In this document: positions 1 through 15,529 of the stretch, piece after piece | Numbering within the stretch: position 1 is the stretch's first letter | How the letters are laid out: every line of letters starts with the position of its first letter | DNA from: Tubiluchus corallicola | Taxonomy: Eukaryota; Animalia; Priapulida | Direction: 5' to 3' | Assembly (NCBI GenBank): GCA_030141605.1 | Contig: JAQGDQ010000246.1 | Coordinates: 62,001-126,000 of the forward strand | DNA length: 64,000 bases | The notes under the pieces: model-generated | What the model was told of the DNA's origin: nothing | Database searches by the model: none | What the model saw: only the letters and a program-made list of their open reading frames with translations | Program-made: the position numbers and the translations under genes

Positions 1-1741
1 ATACTTTTTGACAGTTGCATAATTGCATTTTGTTTCATTTTGTTGTTACAAGATTTATTGTGTTGGTTGAAAAAAAAATCCTATACTTAGTCCGAGTTTT
101 ATCGAAGTCATTTTACATTTTTATGCAAATTTTTAATGTCAATCGTGGTTCTGAAATTGTGTAACTCTTTTTCTAGTTTCGAGTTTTGTAGGACTGTTGC
201 AGGCTTGCAGTGCTGTTTCTAGATTTGTTCAAATTCAGTCGATTTGCTGTCTCTGGGTTAATCTTTTCACTTTTTGTATTTGTTATCATTGCAGGGGTAG
301 AGGTCGGCCAAAGAAGTAACACATAAAAAAACTTAGTCAGGAATCAGGAATTAACGAATACTGTACTGATTGTGGTGTGGAAAGGAAGAAAGTACTGCAG
401 GCATGTTTAAAGTTGTGAATGTATTTGTGAAAGTTGTGAATGTTTTTACTGTAGCAGCCTGTACTCAGAGTTGCATTAATCGTGTAACTTCCTTCAAGAA
501 GTATTTTTCTGACAAGCAGAAAATTAAACATAGTGGCTGCCAAAGTTGACCAATACTAAATTTGATCATTATTTGGAATATCCTGTTCCTTGCTGTTGCC
601 CAGTTCAACACACTTACTGCTCTTTTCAGTTCAATCTAGTTACTGCTCCTTTTGAATCCTTTTAAAAATGAGAGAGCTTTTGTTTCTTGCATGGAAACAC
701 AAACTTCTCATCCTTTTAGTAAATTTGAAAAGGAGTCTGTTGTTTAATGTAATGTCTAATTTGTTTAAAAAAAAACCGATGCTAAAAATTGTGATTGTGA
801 ACCAATCAGTATTGGATAACAGACCTTGATGAGAACATGCTAGCTCTTACTGGTTTCTTGTTTTCCATGAAAATCACATAAGCCAAGCCTTTGCACCACC
901 ATTGAGTGATTACTGTTTAACACTGTGAAGGATTTTATGTTTGTGTAATATGCATTATTCACACCTGGGTTTTCTAGTATTATTTACAATAAATTATTGC
1001 TTTACTCTAATGATTACGTGAATTTCAACTTCCTGTTTGCAGCTTTATCCATTAAAGAAAAGCCTAACAATGCTTTAGTAACACGTTACAAAAATAGTAA
1101 AATTTTGTCACAACAATTTTGTACAGCATCAACAAATATGTCTAATGATTAGCTGCCATTAATGAGATTCATGCTAAACTAACTTGCATCATTGGTAGTC
1201 AAAAAATGCCATAAATTAGCAGCCTAAAACTACTACCCTGATTTAAAAATCTTAGAATCTGTAAAAAAATATATGAAAGAAAAACATTGCAAAATTCCCT
1301 TTAAAAGGATACCAAAATAAAAATAGGTACAATTAATAAAAATGTTTCATATTAAAAGGAAGGCTGTGGAAATAAGTGACTGATCACATAAGAAGCACTT
1401 TAGCTTGTTGCCATTATATGGTATAAGCTAACTTCCTGTAGTGTTAGTAAATTATTCTTCTCCAACTTGAACGTACATTTGCAAAACAATTTGGTACAAT
1501 TTAGTTTTCTATCAAAATTTACAAATACGAGAGCCTTGTTTATGCAGTCCTACTATTCTGTGTTCTAAGTTTTCAATTTTTCCGCCCAGCAGAATGACTA
1601 ACATTATTATTATACTGAATCATAGCAAAAACATTGTTCTTATACAAATTTTAAAATACAAAAGTGTTCACTTAGATATTACTAAAAATGAAATATGTCG
1701 AAAAATCATAAAGAAAAGTAGCTACCCTCTTTGAAAGAATG

Positions 1742-1837
1742 CTATGGCTGCACTTTAGTCTCTGTGCTGTACATATTTGGATATGGTGGTTCGCTGCTAG
1801 TAATGGGAACTGATTTTTTCTTCTTCCTTCTCTGCAT
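1742..1837 (-). CDS. Terminal coding exon: cytoplasmic tail [31 protein letters not shown]
   Basis: CAG acceptor at 1840-1838, phase 0 to TM exon, basic stop-transfer cluster, TAG at 1744-1742. Confidence 0.8.
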   Translation of the reverse strand: MQRRKKKKSVPITSSEPPYPNMYSTETKVQP

Positions 1838-4800
1838 CTGAAAAAACACAAACATGACTATGACAATGCTAATGTACAATACTAGCAACTTGGATTGATT
1901 TTATTGAAATCCAATTGATAAGTCACTTGCAACAACTTTTTACAGATCGTTATCATTAAAAATGACAAATCGTTAATCATGTGCAAAGGTTAATAGCTTT
2001 GCATCATAGGCAGTTTGTATACCTTTTTATAATCGAACTATTTTGAACAAATGTGTACTGGAAAGAAATAACTTAGATGTGTAAAATTTATTAGTTAACA
2101 TTAAGTATGAATGTGTAGAACAAGTGCAGTTAGCAATAACAATAATAGCATTGTTGGGTCACCAACTTACCTCCTAAAGTGATGACGACATTTATTAGCT
2201 ACAAAACAATTTTAATAAGCTTACCACACAACATATAACCACTAGGGCTATAAGAATAAGGCCCACGACAGACAACACAACAGCTAATACAACTGTCCGA
2301 ATAAATCGTTTTCGTTCTGATGTCTGTTGAAGGCGACGTGCCGAACTCTCCGAGCTTTCTCGGAAGTAGGAAAATGTTGCAGTGTCTGCCATCATGGTCT
2401 TGTCATCCATGGTTATGACAACGGCTTTTTCTGAAAACTATCAAGAAAAAAATAGAACTATTGTGTGTCAACAATTTTGGCATAAACTGAAAAAAATGAA
2501 ACAAGATCAAACACGAGTGATAAAGTACCACATAACAGAACCAGAATGAACTATTTATAGAGGAAATGATCTGGGAATGCCCTTTTCAGATGTAAACACT
2601 ACGTCTCATGGGCAGAAAAAATGTGACAAGATTGTTCAAAAAAGCTAATGCAACACACGTGGAATACCAGTTCTGCACTAATGTGTATGTTTAAAAACAA
2701 AATCCCACCATCTAATTTTGTTATGCAATCATGCTGGAAATTCATTGTAAAACTTGTAATTTGACACTTGATTTTCCACCAAGTCCCACTACACTGACCC
2801 AATGTTGTGTTGTAGTTACCTCATTAATAAACATGGTGATTCTTATTTATTAGTTTTGCAACTATTATCATAATTGTATACCGTTGTTTCCATGAAATCT
2901 GTGGCATCCGTGCCATTATTTCCACGAACAATTGCATCAACCTTTATACTGCCAGGATAAATCTGAAATATCAAACAAATACAATAGGTCTAATTCATTC
3001 AACCTACACTGTCCCTACATTCAGTGTTCAGTTAACTGAGTTACACCTTTTATAAACTTGAGGCAGAAGGTTTACGAATTCATCTGCTATACCAGTCCCT
3101 AATGCTAAGTGAAAGTTTTGGGTATTCACTTTGTGGAATACTCTTCACACACTCCATGAAATGAACTGATTATAACTATTTGAGTAGGTCTAACAGTTTA
3201 CTTTGATGCTTCTTCTTGTGTTGTATGATGGTAAACTATGCAAATGCATCAGCTGTCCAGATTTAAGTTAACTACTTGAAGTACCAGAATTAGTCATGTA
3301 TAAAAAATAAGTAGAAAGTGTTACAATATTGCAATAAGGTTGTATATCCTTAAATAACGCAAACATGGCCAACCTTTTATATAGAAGCAGGATGGAACTG
3401 CACTGCTACACATGGAATCTACCATGAAGTTGAAGGCTTGGAACAAAAATGGGATACTCGCAATAAGCTCAGCCTTCCCTTCGAGTCATTGTCAATTTGT
3501 ATATCGCAAACTTACCTCTATTGATTGTATATCTTTACGTGAAATCTTGTAATCTCTCTCTAACACAGATATAACTAATCTGAAAACAAGCATGGCCACA
3601 TTAATTTTAATGCTGCACTAGACAATTAGTATAAATAAATGAATTAACAAGGCCAGAAAGTGTATACGTAGGAAAGTACAAAGCTTGGAAAGTCTATCTC
3701 AGATCCACAAAACAGATGCACTTAGCTAAGGCAAATATAGTTTATCCACATAACAAATGGTAAATAGACAAGCATTTTTTCACATACTAACATTGTAATT
3801 TAAAGTAAGTAAAACGAGCAACAAGATGTTTTAGTTGTAATCTTCCTTTTAATTGTAATACTCTATATACATTATTAACTCTAGTAACACAAAAATACCA
3901 GTTTTTGTGTGGCCCATTTATGTCATCATGCTCGTGAATGAAAAATGAAATACTCACTCCAAAAATTCATTTCTCATTCTCTGAATAGCTGCAAATTCCA
4001 CTGGAAAGGTCAATACTATGTGAGCTTCAGTAACTAATGTCTCTCCTAAGAAAATTAATAGTTTAAGAGCATCTTAAGATTGCATTCTAACATTAAATTA
4101 TTTATATAAAATATTCAGATAGAAAACAAGAATATAGAGTTTTGTTACTGTTCCTTCTATCTTCTTAATTTAGACAAAAATAGTTAAAAAAAATTTCAAT
4201 CAGCATTTCTTCACTTTGATAGTGACAAGTGCTTTAAATATGAGCTCATTTTCTTGACCTCTTTTGGATTCACATGATTATAAGTTATTACGCAAAACTG
4301 GACTGAAGCAATTTTCAAAAAAACACAGTGGAGTAATAATGCAGCGAAAAACTGCATTTTGCAAATGAAATAGAGATAAAATAATTTAGCAATTATTATT
4401 ACATTGCTGAGAAAAACTAAACTGAAATGTGGTAAATTTTTTTGACAAGTAAATAAATAGTACTGACTTTCGGGCTTGCTGCAGTGAGGTGTCTGTTTAA
4501 ACTAAAACTGAGGTGCCCTAATGTTTTTGAGCACAACTTGAAATTATGACATTTTTTGAACAAACTAACTAGTAAAGACTATAAAGCTTACTACAGTTAG
4601 GTGTCTGTCCATTAACTCGTGTATCGTCAATCTCTGTGCCAAGAGAATCGACACACCAGCATTGAGGTCGTTGACACTGTACGGGATTGTAGTTGCCAAA
4701 TTCATCACACGTAGGAACAAAGGCATCTAATCTCTTTGCTAACCGCTCCCTTATGCACTTAGGAGCCACTAAATAAAAGAATACTTTTATGAGAACTCCA

Positions 4801-7800
4801 AGTTTACTGAAGACAGTGACATCTTTAGCTGAATTTATTGTAAAAAGGATAACCATAAGGAAAAATATGTTAACACTGTTTGCATTTATTTACATTTTTG
4901 ACAGTCGACAGCTTTTCCAAATTCATCTTTGTATTCAGCTTCACATTTGCAGACGTCAACAGTGCAGGTAGCATTTGGATTGAATGGACACGCATTATCC
5001 ACACAGAGACTGTTAGCGTTACACCGAGAAGCTCCAACACACTTTGGCGGCTTCACAGTAACTAAAAAAAGTCATAAACATATTTAACAAAACGATGACC
5101 GTTATTTAGAAATTCTCACATAAAGTTCCCAACACTATGTATTAAAGTGCAACTAATCCTTATTAGAAAAGTTGCACCAGTTTTTATTTGGCATTGTAAT
5201 AATTCTGACCAAAATTCCACAAATAAAGCCTAGTTTTCAGTTTGTCAACATAGAATTTTCATAGCAAGTGCAACCAGCAAAACTGCTTTGCAAATACACA
5301 AGCAAGCAAGTTGACAGAAACTTATATGCTCAGTTGTGCACACTACATTTAAATAATAAAAAGTAACATTTCTGAGTGTATTAAAAAACTATATTATTGA
5401 GAAAACTTGAGTTTGATTAGGAATTTAAATAATTAACACAAACTGAAAGCTTGGCGACTTTTAACAACCAGACTTTTGCAAATTTCACAACAAAATACAA
5501 TGGTAGCACCAAACTTTAGCGTCTCACAAAACTGCTATGTTAGCCACAATAAACACCTGCTGCAGGCAGCATAAGACAAGTGTTAATAAGTAAAAATTCC
5601 CAACAAATTTTACAAAGATGGGTTTTAATCAAACAAATGTGTTATTGATGTATTTGTCATTTAAATACCACTAACTTTAGGTGCAATCATCACATGAAAT
5701 AAGAACACAACAATTCTCCATGTTATCACATTTTTAAAGCAACCAATGATTATAAATATGGGTCTGAGCACTTTACTTAAAGAGATATGAACATATATCA
5801 TTTTATTAGTTTAAGCATTTGCAAACTGTCATCATCTAATAAGCAAACAATGTATGAAAAAGCAAGTCGATTACATTTCTGCCACGTACCTTCACATTTA
5901 GCCAAGCATTCAGCTTTTGTAAAGAAGTTATTTCTGTTTCCTCCACAGCCTTTGTAGGTAAATGACTCACATTCTTCAGAATTAACGTTGAAGCGCCACC
6001 TCTTAAAATTTGAAGTGCACGTTCCTTCGTGTTTTGGTAACTTGCAAGTTAATTTTTCTGTAAAAATAGCCAACAAATGAAACATTAATCTGACATACTG
6101 AGGTTACGCTAGTTATTACCTTAAGCCATTGGCCTGATATTTGAGAAGGCGATAGAAGGTCTCTTAAAGTGTATATTTGAGTTTGGTCAGTAAAAAAGTT
6201 TATACTTTTTTTTAAGTTTTAAGTTTATTAGTGTTTTTATGACCTCGGCTGGATAATAACTGACATTAACATAGACAAAACTTTGGGTTTTGTTCACTTC
6301 CCTTCTATTTCTTTCCTATAGCTTTTTTATTATGGATATACATAGAAGTGTCTCAAGTACCAAATAGCTTGTTTGGGGCAAATAAGTGGAATAAAGTAAA
6401 CTACTGATCACACAGTTTTCACCACAAAATTATGTTAATCACCATAGGTACAACAAACATTGTCCATAGCTAAATTAAAGCTAACATCTATCGGGAAAGT
6501 TAAAAGCTAATCGATATTCCACCAAACACTACTATTCTAGCTCACCTTGGCATCTGAGATTACAGGCTTCTCTAGTAGCAAAGTTGTTAGGGTTTCCACC
6601 ACAACCACCGTAAGTGAACTTTTGACAGGTGTCAGTTTCAGGATTGAAGAACCACTTCTGCATATTGCCTTTGCAAGGTCCCATGGCTGGTTTCATCTGA
6701 CAAACGTCACGTTGGAGCGTTTCTTAAAAATGCACAAAAATGAACATTATATAGTGTGTGCAATTATCATTTTTTTATGCTAACTAGCATTTTAAATTGT
6801 ACAGAAAAAAACTTGGCCAATACAAAAAAAATGAAAAAGTTTTATTCCATGCTGTTTACTCAATGTTCAATGACTCCAATTTCAATTACATACTGACTAC
6901 ATGGAACTCCATTTTTATGCAATGTACTTTTACTAAATTTTATTATTATTCTAAAAAAAACTGCATATCTTGCTTGCCCCTGATTTGACATGTAGGTCTA
7001 TTTTTAACTATACACCAATTCCAAAAAAAGTTTTAGTATCTTGCTTTGCCTTGAAATGGCTCACTTTTGACAATAAATTTTCTTTTTTGCATTTTAAATC
7101 AAGTCAATACTTTATTCATTATTCTATAACTATAGACAGAATTAAACTTCAAAACAGTAGTATGAAAAACATAATTAGGAAACACAATTAGTCAATCTAT
7201 GTAAATGAAATTGGAACAAAATAAAATTAAAAATTTGAAAAAAATCTACTTTTCTTACCAAAACTATATTAATCAATTAGCACTATTTAGATAAATATCT
7301 TATTAATTTTGCATATATTAACAGTCGTAATTTGTCTGACCCATTTTTCATGAGCAGACTTACTCACTGTAATGTCTGGTGCACATTAAATAATTACAGA
7401 GAATTAGCTTAAATCTCCACTCTGAATTAAAATTTGATTACAATTTGAAAAATCACTTTGTGTTGTGAGATTTACAAAATCTTAAACATACCATTACAAG
7501 TGTCCTGGCAAACCTTTAAAGTCAAGAAGTTGTTCTGATTGCCAGAACAGCCACCATATGTAAACAGATCACAACCCATTGTTTCACTGTTAAAGTACCA
7601 TCGCTGGAAATTTGCTTTGCATGGGCCAGTAACTGGTGATAAACTGCAAGTTTCTTAAAGCAGAAATATACCAATATTAATTTATGCTTCACAAATGATC
7701 TGCTTGCAGTTCAATTAGATTTGCATTAAATTAAGTTAGAAGATATTTTACATTTGGCCAGTGTCAGTACAGATTAACATTTAAATGGGTTCAGTGCAAA

Positions 7801-10800
7801 ATTTCATAGTGGGGCACAGTACAAAACTTTGAATATTAAAAATAACTATAAACTGTTTTTTGTTTAGGGTGAGATTTCAAAGCCTGATATGAAGCCAAGT
7901 CACTCTTGTTACTTGAAAAACATTCTAGGTGTATTACTAGGCATATTCCCATTACTTAGGTAAATTTCATCTGGAGCATTTCAGACTATGTGGGGGCCAG
8001 TTGTAAGTGAATTGTCTGTGAAACAGATTAATTCAGAGGCAGGCCTTACCAGCAGACGGGCAGTGTTCAACACATTTTGCACGAGTGATGAAATTGTTGC
8101 TGTTGCCTTCACAACCACTGAAACGGAATGGTTCACACTTGTTTGTTTGAAGATTAAAGAACCACCGCTGTATATTTTTGTCACAGGAACCTTTTTTGAC
8201 AGGCATAACACATGGGTTCTCTGGAGGAGCCCTAGGGGGAGCCGCTGCTATCACTTCTGGCACTTCTTCAATCTCATCAAATGCTACTGCAAATATTTGG
8301 ATGTGATTAAACACAAACAGTCGTCATTAAACAGTACATTAAAATACATTATAGCAGTCTAATAAGTACATTTTTCTAAGGTAACATGTGTGAAGCAATA
8401 AGAGGAACAGACTGCATAGTTATGATGAAGATTGAAAATTCATGCATTATTATTGTGGATAAGACGATAACAATAAAATTTGAAAATTTAACTGTACATG
8501 AGAGTAAGAAAACAATATAATTACATTATGACAAAGAAAATAGCTCAATGTCAACTATGTATGCATAACAGATTTGGGTGAGCAAACACCACCAAACCTC
8601 GAATTTGAGTCTAATCGAATGTTTGGCTTTCGAACTCGAATTGAGTAAAATTTCAGAATTCCGAATTGGAGCCAAATTAAAAATTTTCGAATGAATTTCA
8701 AATCAGTAATGAAAATAACAACATGCACAAAAAAGCTCAATTTATTTCTGAGATGACAAAATTAAGACCGTGCAAGTAACATGGCTGCATTTGTGTAGCT
8801 AAAATAAAGAATTACAGTAAAAATAGTTTGAAGCACTAAGCAAACAGATAATTCTACTTTTGCTTATTGCTTTAAGTGACATGTTTAAGATTAGTTGCTG
8901 TTTTCCCCCATCTTTAATTGTATGTTTATTGCACATCTTACAAGTTTCCTCTGATGATTTATTAAATTCAACGGATAACAAATAAGTACTTGCTTCTACA
9001 GGCTATGATAACAACACGAATATCTAAATTACCATAATTTATTATAATTACTATAATTAATACAAAACAGACCACAGAGCGCAGGCAATATTCAATGCTG
9101 ACCAAGTTGACAATCTCGCTACTTATCTTTGACTTACAGCAGCTTGCAAAGATTGTGCATTTTGCTTTTGTTGTACGGCAAAAGGTAGTAATAATTTGTT
9201 AAAAAAATGTGCAAAAATGGCAGCTAAATTGTTCTGATGGCAGGACAGTTCAAACATTATAATGATAAAGAAGCGAAAGTAATTGGGCAGTTAAATTATT
9301 CGAATTCATAATATGAGATTGGAATCGAATTTGAAAGAAAAAACTCGTTTGAATCGAACTCGAACAGTTGATGCTCACTCTTAATGAAAGTGAATTTGAA
9401 CATCATAATGCCCAGTTTTTAATGAATGGATGTCAATGAGTGCTGAATACCGATAGCAGCAGTCTGGCCAAAATGTAAAAAAATACTATGGTACACAATA
9501 TCTCATGAAGCATTAAGCAGATAACTAAATTTTATGTCTACTAATAGCAGCTAAATACTATACTGTATGCTGCAGCTCATCCTTGGCCAAATGGTATGAG
9601 CATGAATCATGGAATAACAGTAAAATATAAGTTAATAATACGTGGTCCAATAATCGAGAATTTTGTTACCTCTAGTTTCTGGCGTAACTATGCTTATTGT
9701 CAGTGTTGTTTCTTCAGGCAGTTCAGGAGTACTAGTTGTAGTTTCCAATACAGCTAACAAGTAAAAAAAGTTACATTATTACTAAAATTATATAATTAAA
9801 TAGTACTGTGTGGCTGGCACAAGAAATTACCTATGCTTTTGGATAACGCTCTGTATTATAACAAATGTATTACCATTAACTGCTAGAACAGTAACAAAGA
9901 AAGATCAGAATGCTTATACGGTACCAGCCGTAAATGCAAGCTGCATATTCATAAATTCACTGGACATGGAAAGTGTTAAGCCACGGCTTGGCAGCCTATT
10001 CTCCTTAGTAATATTAAAAATGCATGTGAATATACCACTGGGATTGCAAAGCTCGTAACAATCTCTTTCAGTTACAAAGTTGTTGTTGCTGCCACCACAG
10101 TTTCCGTAATCAAACGGCTCACAAGTTTGTGTTTTTGCATTGTAGTGCCAAGCAGGAGCAGCTGGTAGACGGCATTGGGTCGGCAGTGGCTGCTTGCAAG
10201 TATCCATGTTTAGGACATCTATACAAAAGTGTGCAGAAAAAATTGATAAACATTTATACGTAAAAACATAAAGAATACAAATTAACTTGCTAATTAAATA
10301 ATACTAATTAAGTAATTAAAAAATACTAATTAAGTAAGTAGTTATCACTTGCTGTCTTGCCTTTTTCGTTTCCCCATGTATGGGTTTACTTAAAAAAGAC
10401 AATCTTACCAGCCTTATAGTGATAAGTATCATGTCTATAAAAGGTATTCTTACATTCAATGAACAGTTTTAAGATTTCAAATTTGAAAACCTTACAAGGT
10501 AACACATTAAAATTTCTAGTTTTACAAATACCCACCTCCGCATCTTCGATAACAAGCCAGTTCACTGGAGAACTTGTTGTCAGATCCTGGACAAGCACCA
10601 TAGTTAAACAACTCACATCGTTCTGTTGCATGGTCATAGTGCCAAGCTGGCTGAGCGGGTCGTCGACATTGAACTGGCAAAGGCTGTTCACATAGAGTGA
10701 ATTCAGTGACAGGAACAAAGCCTGTAGGAAAATGCATCAAAATAAATACAACAAATGTCACTCATCAACTCACCTCAGCTTGAATAAGAAGACTGAAAGT

Positions 10801-13800
10801 TCTCAGTGAATAAATAAACAAAGCAAAACAATTAACGAATGCCCGGATACTGAATCAATTGATAAATTGATAGAATAAGTGAAGGACGAATCAGTGGATG
10901 GATGGGATGAACGAATTGATGGACTGACTCAGATGGATAGGTAGACAAAGGCACGAATGGACAAAACGTATGTATGGATAAATTAACAGATGAATAAATT
11001 AACAAATAGATGAGCAACTAAGTAATCTACTAACTGGTTTTTCTTCATTTTAGGAACTCGACATGTATAAATAGAAGCTTCAAGTTTATCGAAAGATGTG
11101 TGTATTGCTCAATTCTGTTTCTTCACTTACGTATCGCTTTACAGAACAAGCTAAAATTTTCATTGAGCAAGACATACCTATACACTTTTGCTGGCATTCC
11201 GTTATTGTCTCAAAGTTGTTGGCGTTGCCACCACAACCACCGTAAACAAATTCTTCACATCGTGATGTTTCAGAATTATAAAAAAACCTAGGAAAGTTTC
11301 CTCTGCATCGACCAGTAAGTGCTGGAAGCTGACAGACGTCAACAGGAGAGATAGTTGGAGTTGTTGTTCTTGTTGTCATGGTAGTCGCTGGAGTGGTTGT
11401 GATCATAGTCGTTGTTTGTGTGGTTGTTCCAGTAACAGCAATGATGATAGGTGGAATTTCTAATGGGCAGCAGACAGATGGTGCGTCTGCAAGGTCCGTG
11501 TTGCAGTGATATCCTTCGGGACAAGTGTCTGGATTATTTGAACAATAGATATTCTTTCGAGGATTCTCTGGATCTAGTAATGGAGGCCCATGACGACATG
11601 GATTCAGAGGCTGTATTGCTGCAATGTAGAAGAAGCAGATTAAAACTGACTTTAAATAAGTGCCATCAAATTATAGAACACAATTTTCATTTTTGAAAGA
11701 CATGCCATACTTACAAAAACAAATAAAAAACTCACAATAAAAACTTAAAGAAGATAATATTCTTTACTTTTGGATTTTATTTATGATAATTCCAATTTCT
11801 GTCATTAGGAATTATTATACATACATGATTCTAATACTGGTTCCACACAAACTTTATCAACTGCACATGCTCCAGGTGCCTCACAACACATCATACCAGA
11901 TCCACAGTCTGCATCGCCGGTACATCCAGATTCTGGCTGCTCAAAGTTTGGTGGACAGAAGTACAGTAAAGTCAAATCCGGGCAGACCAACTTCTCAGCT
12001 TCCACTGGACAGCAAACTGATGGAGCATCTGCAAGGTCTGTATTGCAATGATATCCAATTGGGCATGTATCTGGATTTCTAGAGCAGTAAACATTCCTTC
12101 TAGGATTCTCAGGATCTAACAGTGGAGGTCCATGACGACATGGATTCAGTGGCTGTATAGCTGAAATTAAAAAAACAGATTTAAGAAAACGACTATCAAA
12201 GTATATTAACTGTTATGCTACTGTCAATAAAACACAAGTTAATTAACCGGTTTCACAATGCAGAACCTGTAAAACACAAACTGTAAATGAGAATAATAAC
12301 AATGACCATGATCACCTTCAAGTATTTGATAAGTGGCAATAAAACGTGACAAGCTACTTGAGCTTCAATAAATTGATTTTCTTATTCTTGGCAACCATAC
12401 TTACATGATTCTAATACTGGTTCGACACACACTTTATCAATGGAACATGCCCCAGGTGCCTCACAACACATCATACCAACTCTACAGTTTGTATCAGCTG
12501 TACAACCAGATCCTGGCTGCTCAAAGTTTGGAGGACAGAAATACAGTAAGGTCAAATCTGGACAGACTAACTTATCAGATTCTATTGGACAGCAGACTGA
12601 TGGAGCATCTGCAAGGTCTGTATTACACTGGTATCCATCAGGGCAGGTATCTGGATTTCTAGAGCAGTATACATTCCTTCTAGGATTCTCAGGATCTAAT
12701 AATGGAGGTCCATGACGACATGGATTCAGGGGCTGTATAGCTGTAATTTCAAAAAAGATTTTAGAAGCATGAATTCTTAATCAAAATATAGTAATTGTTA
12801 ACAACTGAAAAGCTAGTTGTTAGTAGCAGCTGAGTGCCCACAGAACATAAATATTTAATTTACATTAATACACATTTTCCTGCACAGATTTACCTGAATA
12901 ATACTTAAAATAGAAATAGAAAAATGATTATGATATAACTAAATGGCAGTAAATACTTGTTAAGTGGAAACAATTAGAAAACATTTCATTATGCTAAATG
13001 TATTGAAATTATGATTATTCTTTTTGCCAACCATACATACATGATTCCAATACTGGGTCGACACAAACTTTATCAACGGAACATGCTCCTGGTGCCTCAC
13101 AACACATCATACCAGAACTACAGTCTGGATTGCCAGTGCATCCAGATCCGGGCTGCTCAAAGTTTGGAGGACAAAAGTACAGCAGAGTCAAATCTGGACA
13201 GATTAATTTATCAGCTTCTACTGGACAGCAAACTGATGGAGCATCTGCAAGGTCTGAATTACAATGGTATCCATCAGGGCAGGTATCTGGATCAGTAGAA
13301 CAGTAAACATTCCTTCTAGGATTCTCTGCATCTAACAGTGGAGGCCCATGACGACATGGATTCAGTGGCTGTATGGCTGAAAATAAAAAAAACAGATTTA
13401 AAGAGCGTGAATTCTAATAAAAAATATAATAGTTCTTATGTCATTGTCAGCAAAAATAAAAAGCTAGCTAGTTAGTATCAACTGTGGAACCCAGAGAACA
13501 TTTATGTCATTTATTTTAATTTACACTTTTCAACACAGATTTACCTGCATAATACTTTGAATAAGAATAATGGTGATAACTATGACTTGAGTGAGTGGCA
13601 GCAGGGTAGAAAACTGGTACGCTCCTACATGAACTTTCAAAATAAGGTTTTTATTTTTGTTAACCGTACTTACATGATTCTAATACTGGTTCTACACAAA
13701 CTTTATCAACTGCACATGCCCCTGGTGCTTCACAACATGTCATACCAAATCTACAGTCTGCATCACCAACACATCCAGATCCTGGCTGCTCAAAGTTTGG

Positions 13801-15489
13801 TGGACAGAAGTACAATAAGGTCAAATCTGGACAGACTAACTTATCAGCTTCTACTGGGCAGCAAACTGATGGAGCATCTGCAAGGTCTGTATTACAGTGA
13901 TAACCATCTGGACATGTATCTGGATTCCTGGAGCAGTACACATTCGTTCTAGGATTTTCTGGATCCAACAGTGGAGGTCCGTGCCGACAAGGATTCAGTG
14001 GCTGAATAGCTGGAAATACGAACACATAAGAAAGCTTGTAAACTTTAAATGTACAAATTGAAAGTAAATGCCAGTACATTTGGATCTTACCAATTTTTGA
14101 CTGTAATTTCAAGCTAATGGACAAAAATTTATGGACAATAAAAGAAACTTTACAAACAAAACATGAACATGTACAATATAGCTAATATAGCCTATCTCTA
14201 CATGAGTAGTAAATAATAAGTAGGTATTCAAGTAATTAGAAACTCTACTTGGTACTGGCACTTACCATCAAAAATATTCTTCTGCACTTAATTTATTAGT
14301 GTGAAATAACATTGTACAAGAAAAAAAGGAAGAATAAAAACCAAAAAATCACATACAGTATGCGCCGCTTTATAGACTCACTTTGGGTCAGAAGTTTTTG
14401 ACCCAATTAACCGATTGAGTCAATTAACCGAACGGTTTAGTATATTACTATTATGCAACTATGAGTCACCACTCATCACCTTAGTATGCATTGCAAAGGC
14501 TTTAAATGAATTTTAGAAATGATATTTTATTAATGCAAAAATACCAATGTGAAATTATTTAAGAAGCATAATTTCTAGGCCTATAAGTGAATTAATAAAA
14601 AGAAGAAAAAACCGAAAAATCTGATCAACGCCATCAAAAATTACAAAAACTCATACAAGGTTGGTTGCTTCATTCCTTCACAAAGAAGTTGGTTTATGAA
14701 ATTTTCATATAAACCAACAATGATAAAAACAATTGCTACAATGACAAAAAACATTGAAAACCTGTTACTGTATGTTGCATATATTCACACAAAACACCTA
14801 GTCACCTAGTGCTCGAGCTGCAGTTGGCGATGACCTTGTGAAAAACAGCAGGAATTCCAAAAGCAAACTACTGGGCAAGCGATTAAATGTTTAGTTTTCA
14901 GAAACAAGGTGATAAACAACAGCAGCAGATAAGCAGGTGACAGATACAACAAATTATCAAGAATCCATCACAGTGAATTTGTACAAAAACTAGAAAATGA
15001 AATGCATTATTTTTCTCAGAACACATTGTTTATCTCATCGTTTATCCTTCTGTATGCATATAAATCTCAGTATCTCAGAAATGGTTGTGTTTCTTCAGTA
15101 AAAAAGTCAGGTTGAAAATTTTTTTTCCTTTGTTAGCTTGCAGCCATTTTCCAATGCTTAGCACTTGATTAGTTTCATCCCAAAAACTAATCTCTTAATA
15201 CATAGTTTTTGGCAAAATGAAAAGTGTCTTCAAGAATAATTTTTATATATCACTGGCAATGTACTTGTCGAAAAGAATGTCGTATAAATGCAAAAAATTG
15301 TTACAAAAGTTTGATAGTCAATAGGCATGATTTACAATAAACAAAGTACAAATAACAACATTTACTTCCACTTTCTCATCACTGTTTAAAATATTTGCTT
15401 GTTTAAGTTTTATTTATTGTCACATGTTACGTTATAGCTTGTAATTATTAGAAAGAAAATAAACAATAATGATAATGATACTGATAACG

Positions 15490-15529
<40 letters not shown>

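Noticed and set aside
1-1741. 3' UTR end, polyA site and ORF 337-543
   Set aside because: AATAAA-like motifs are uninformative in AT-rich DNA and the ORF has no features; the transcript end cannot be placed
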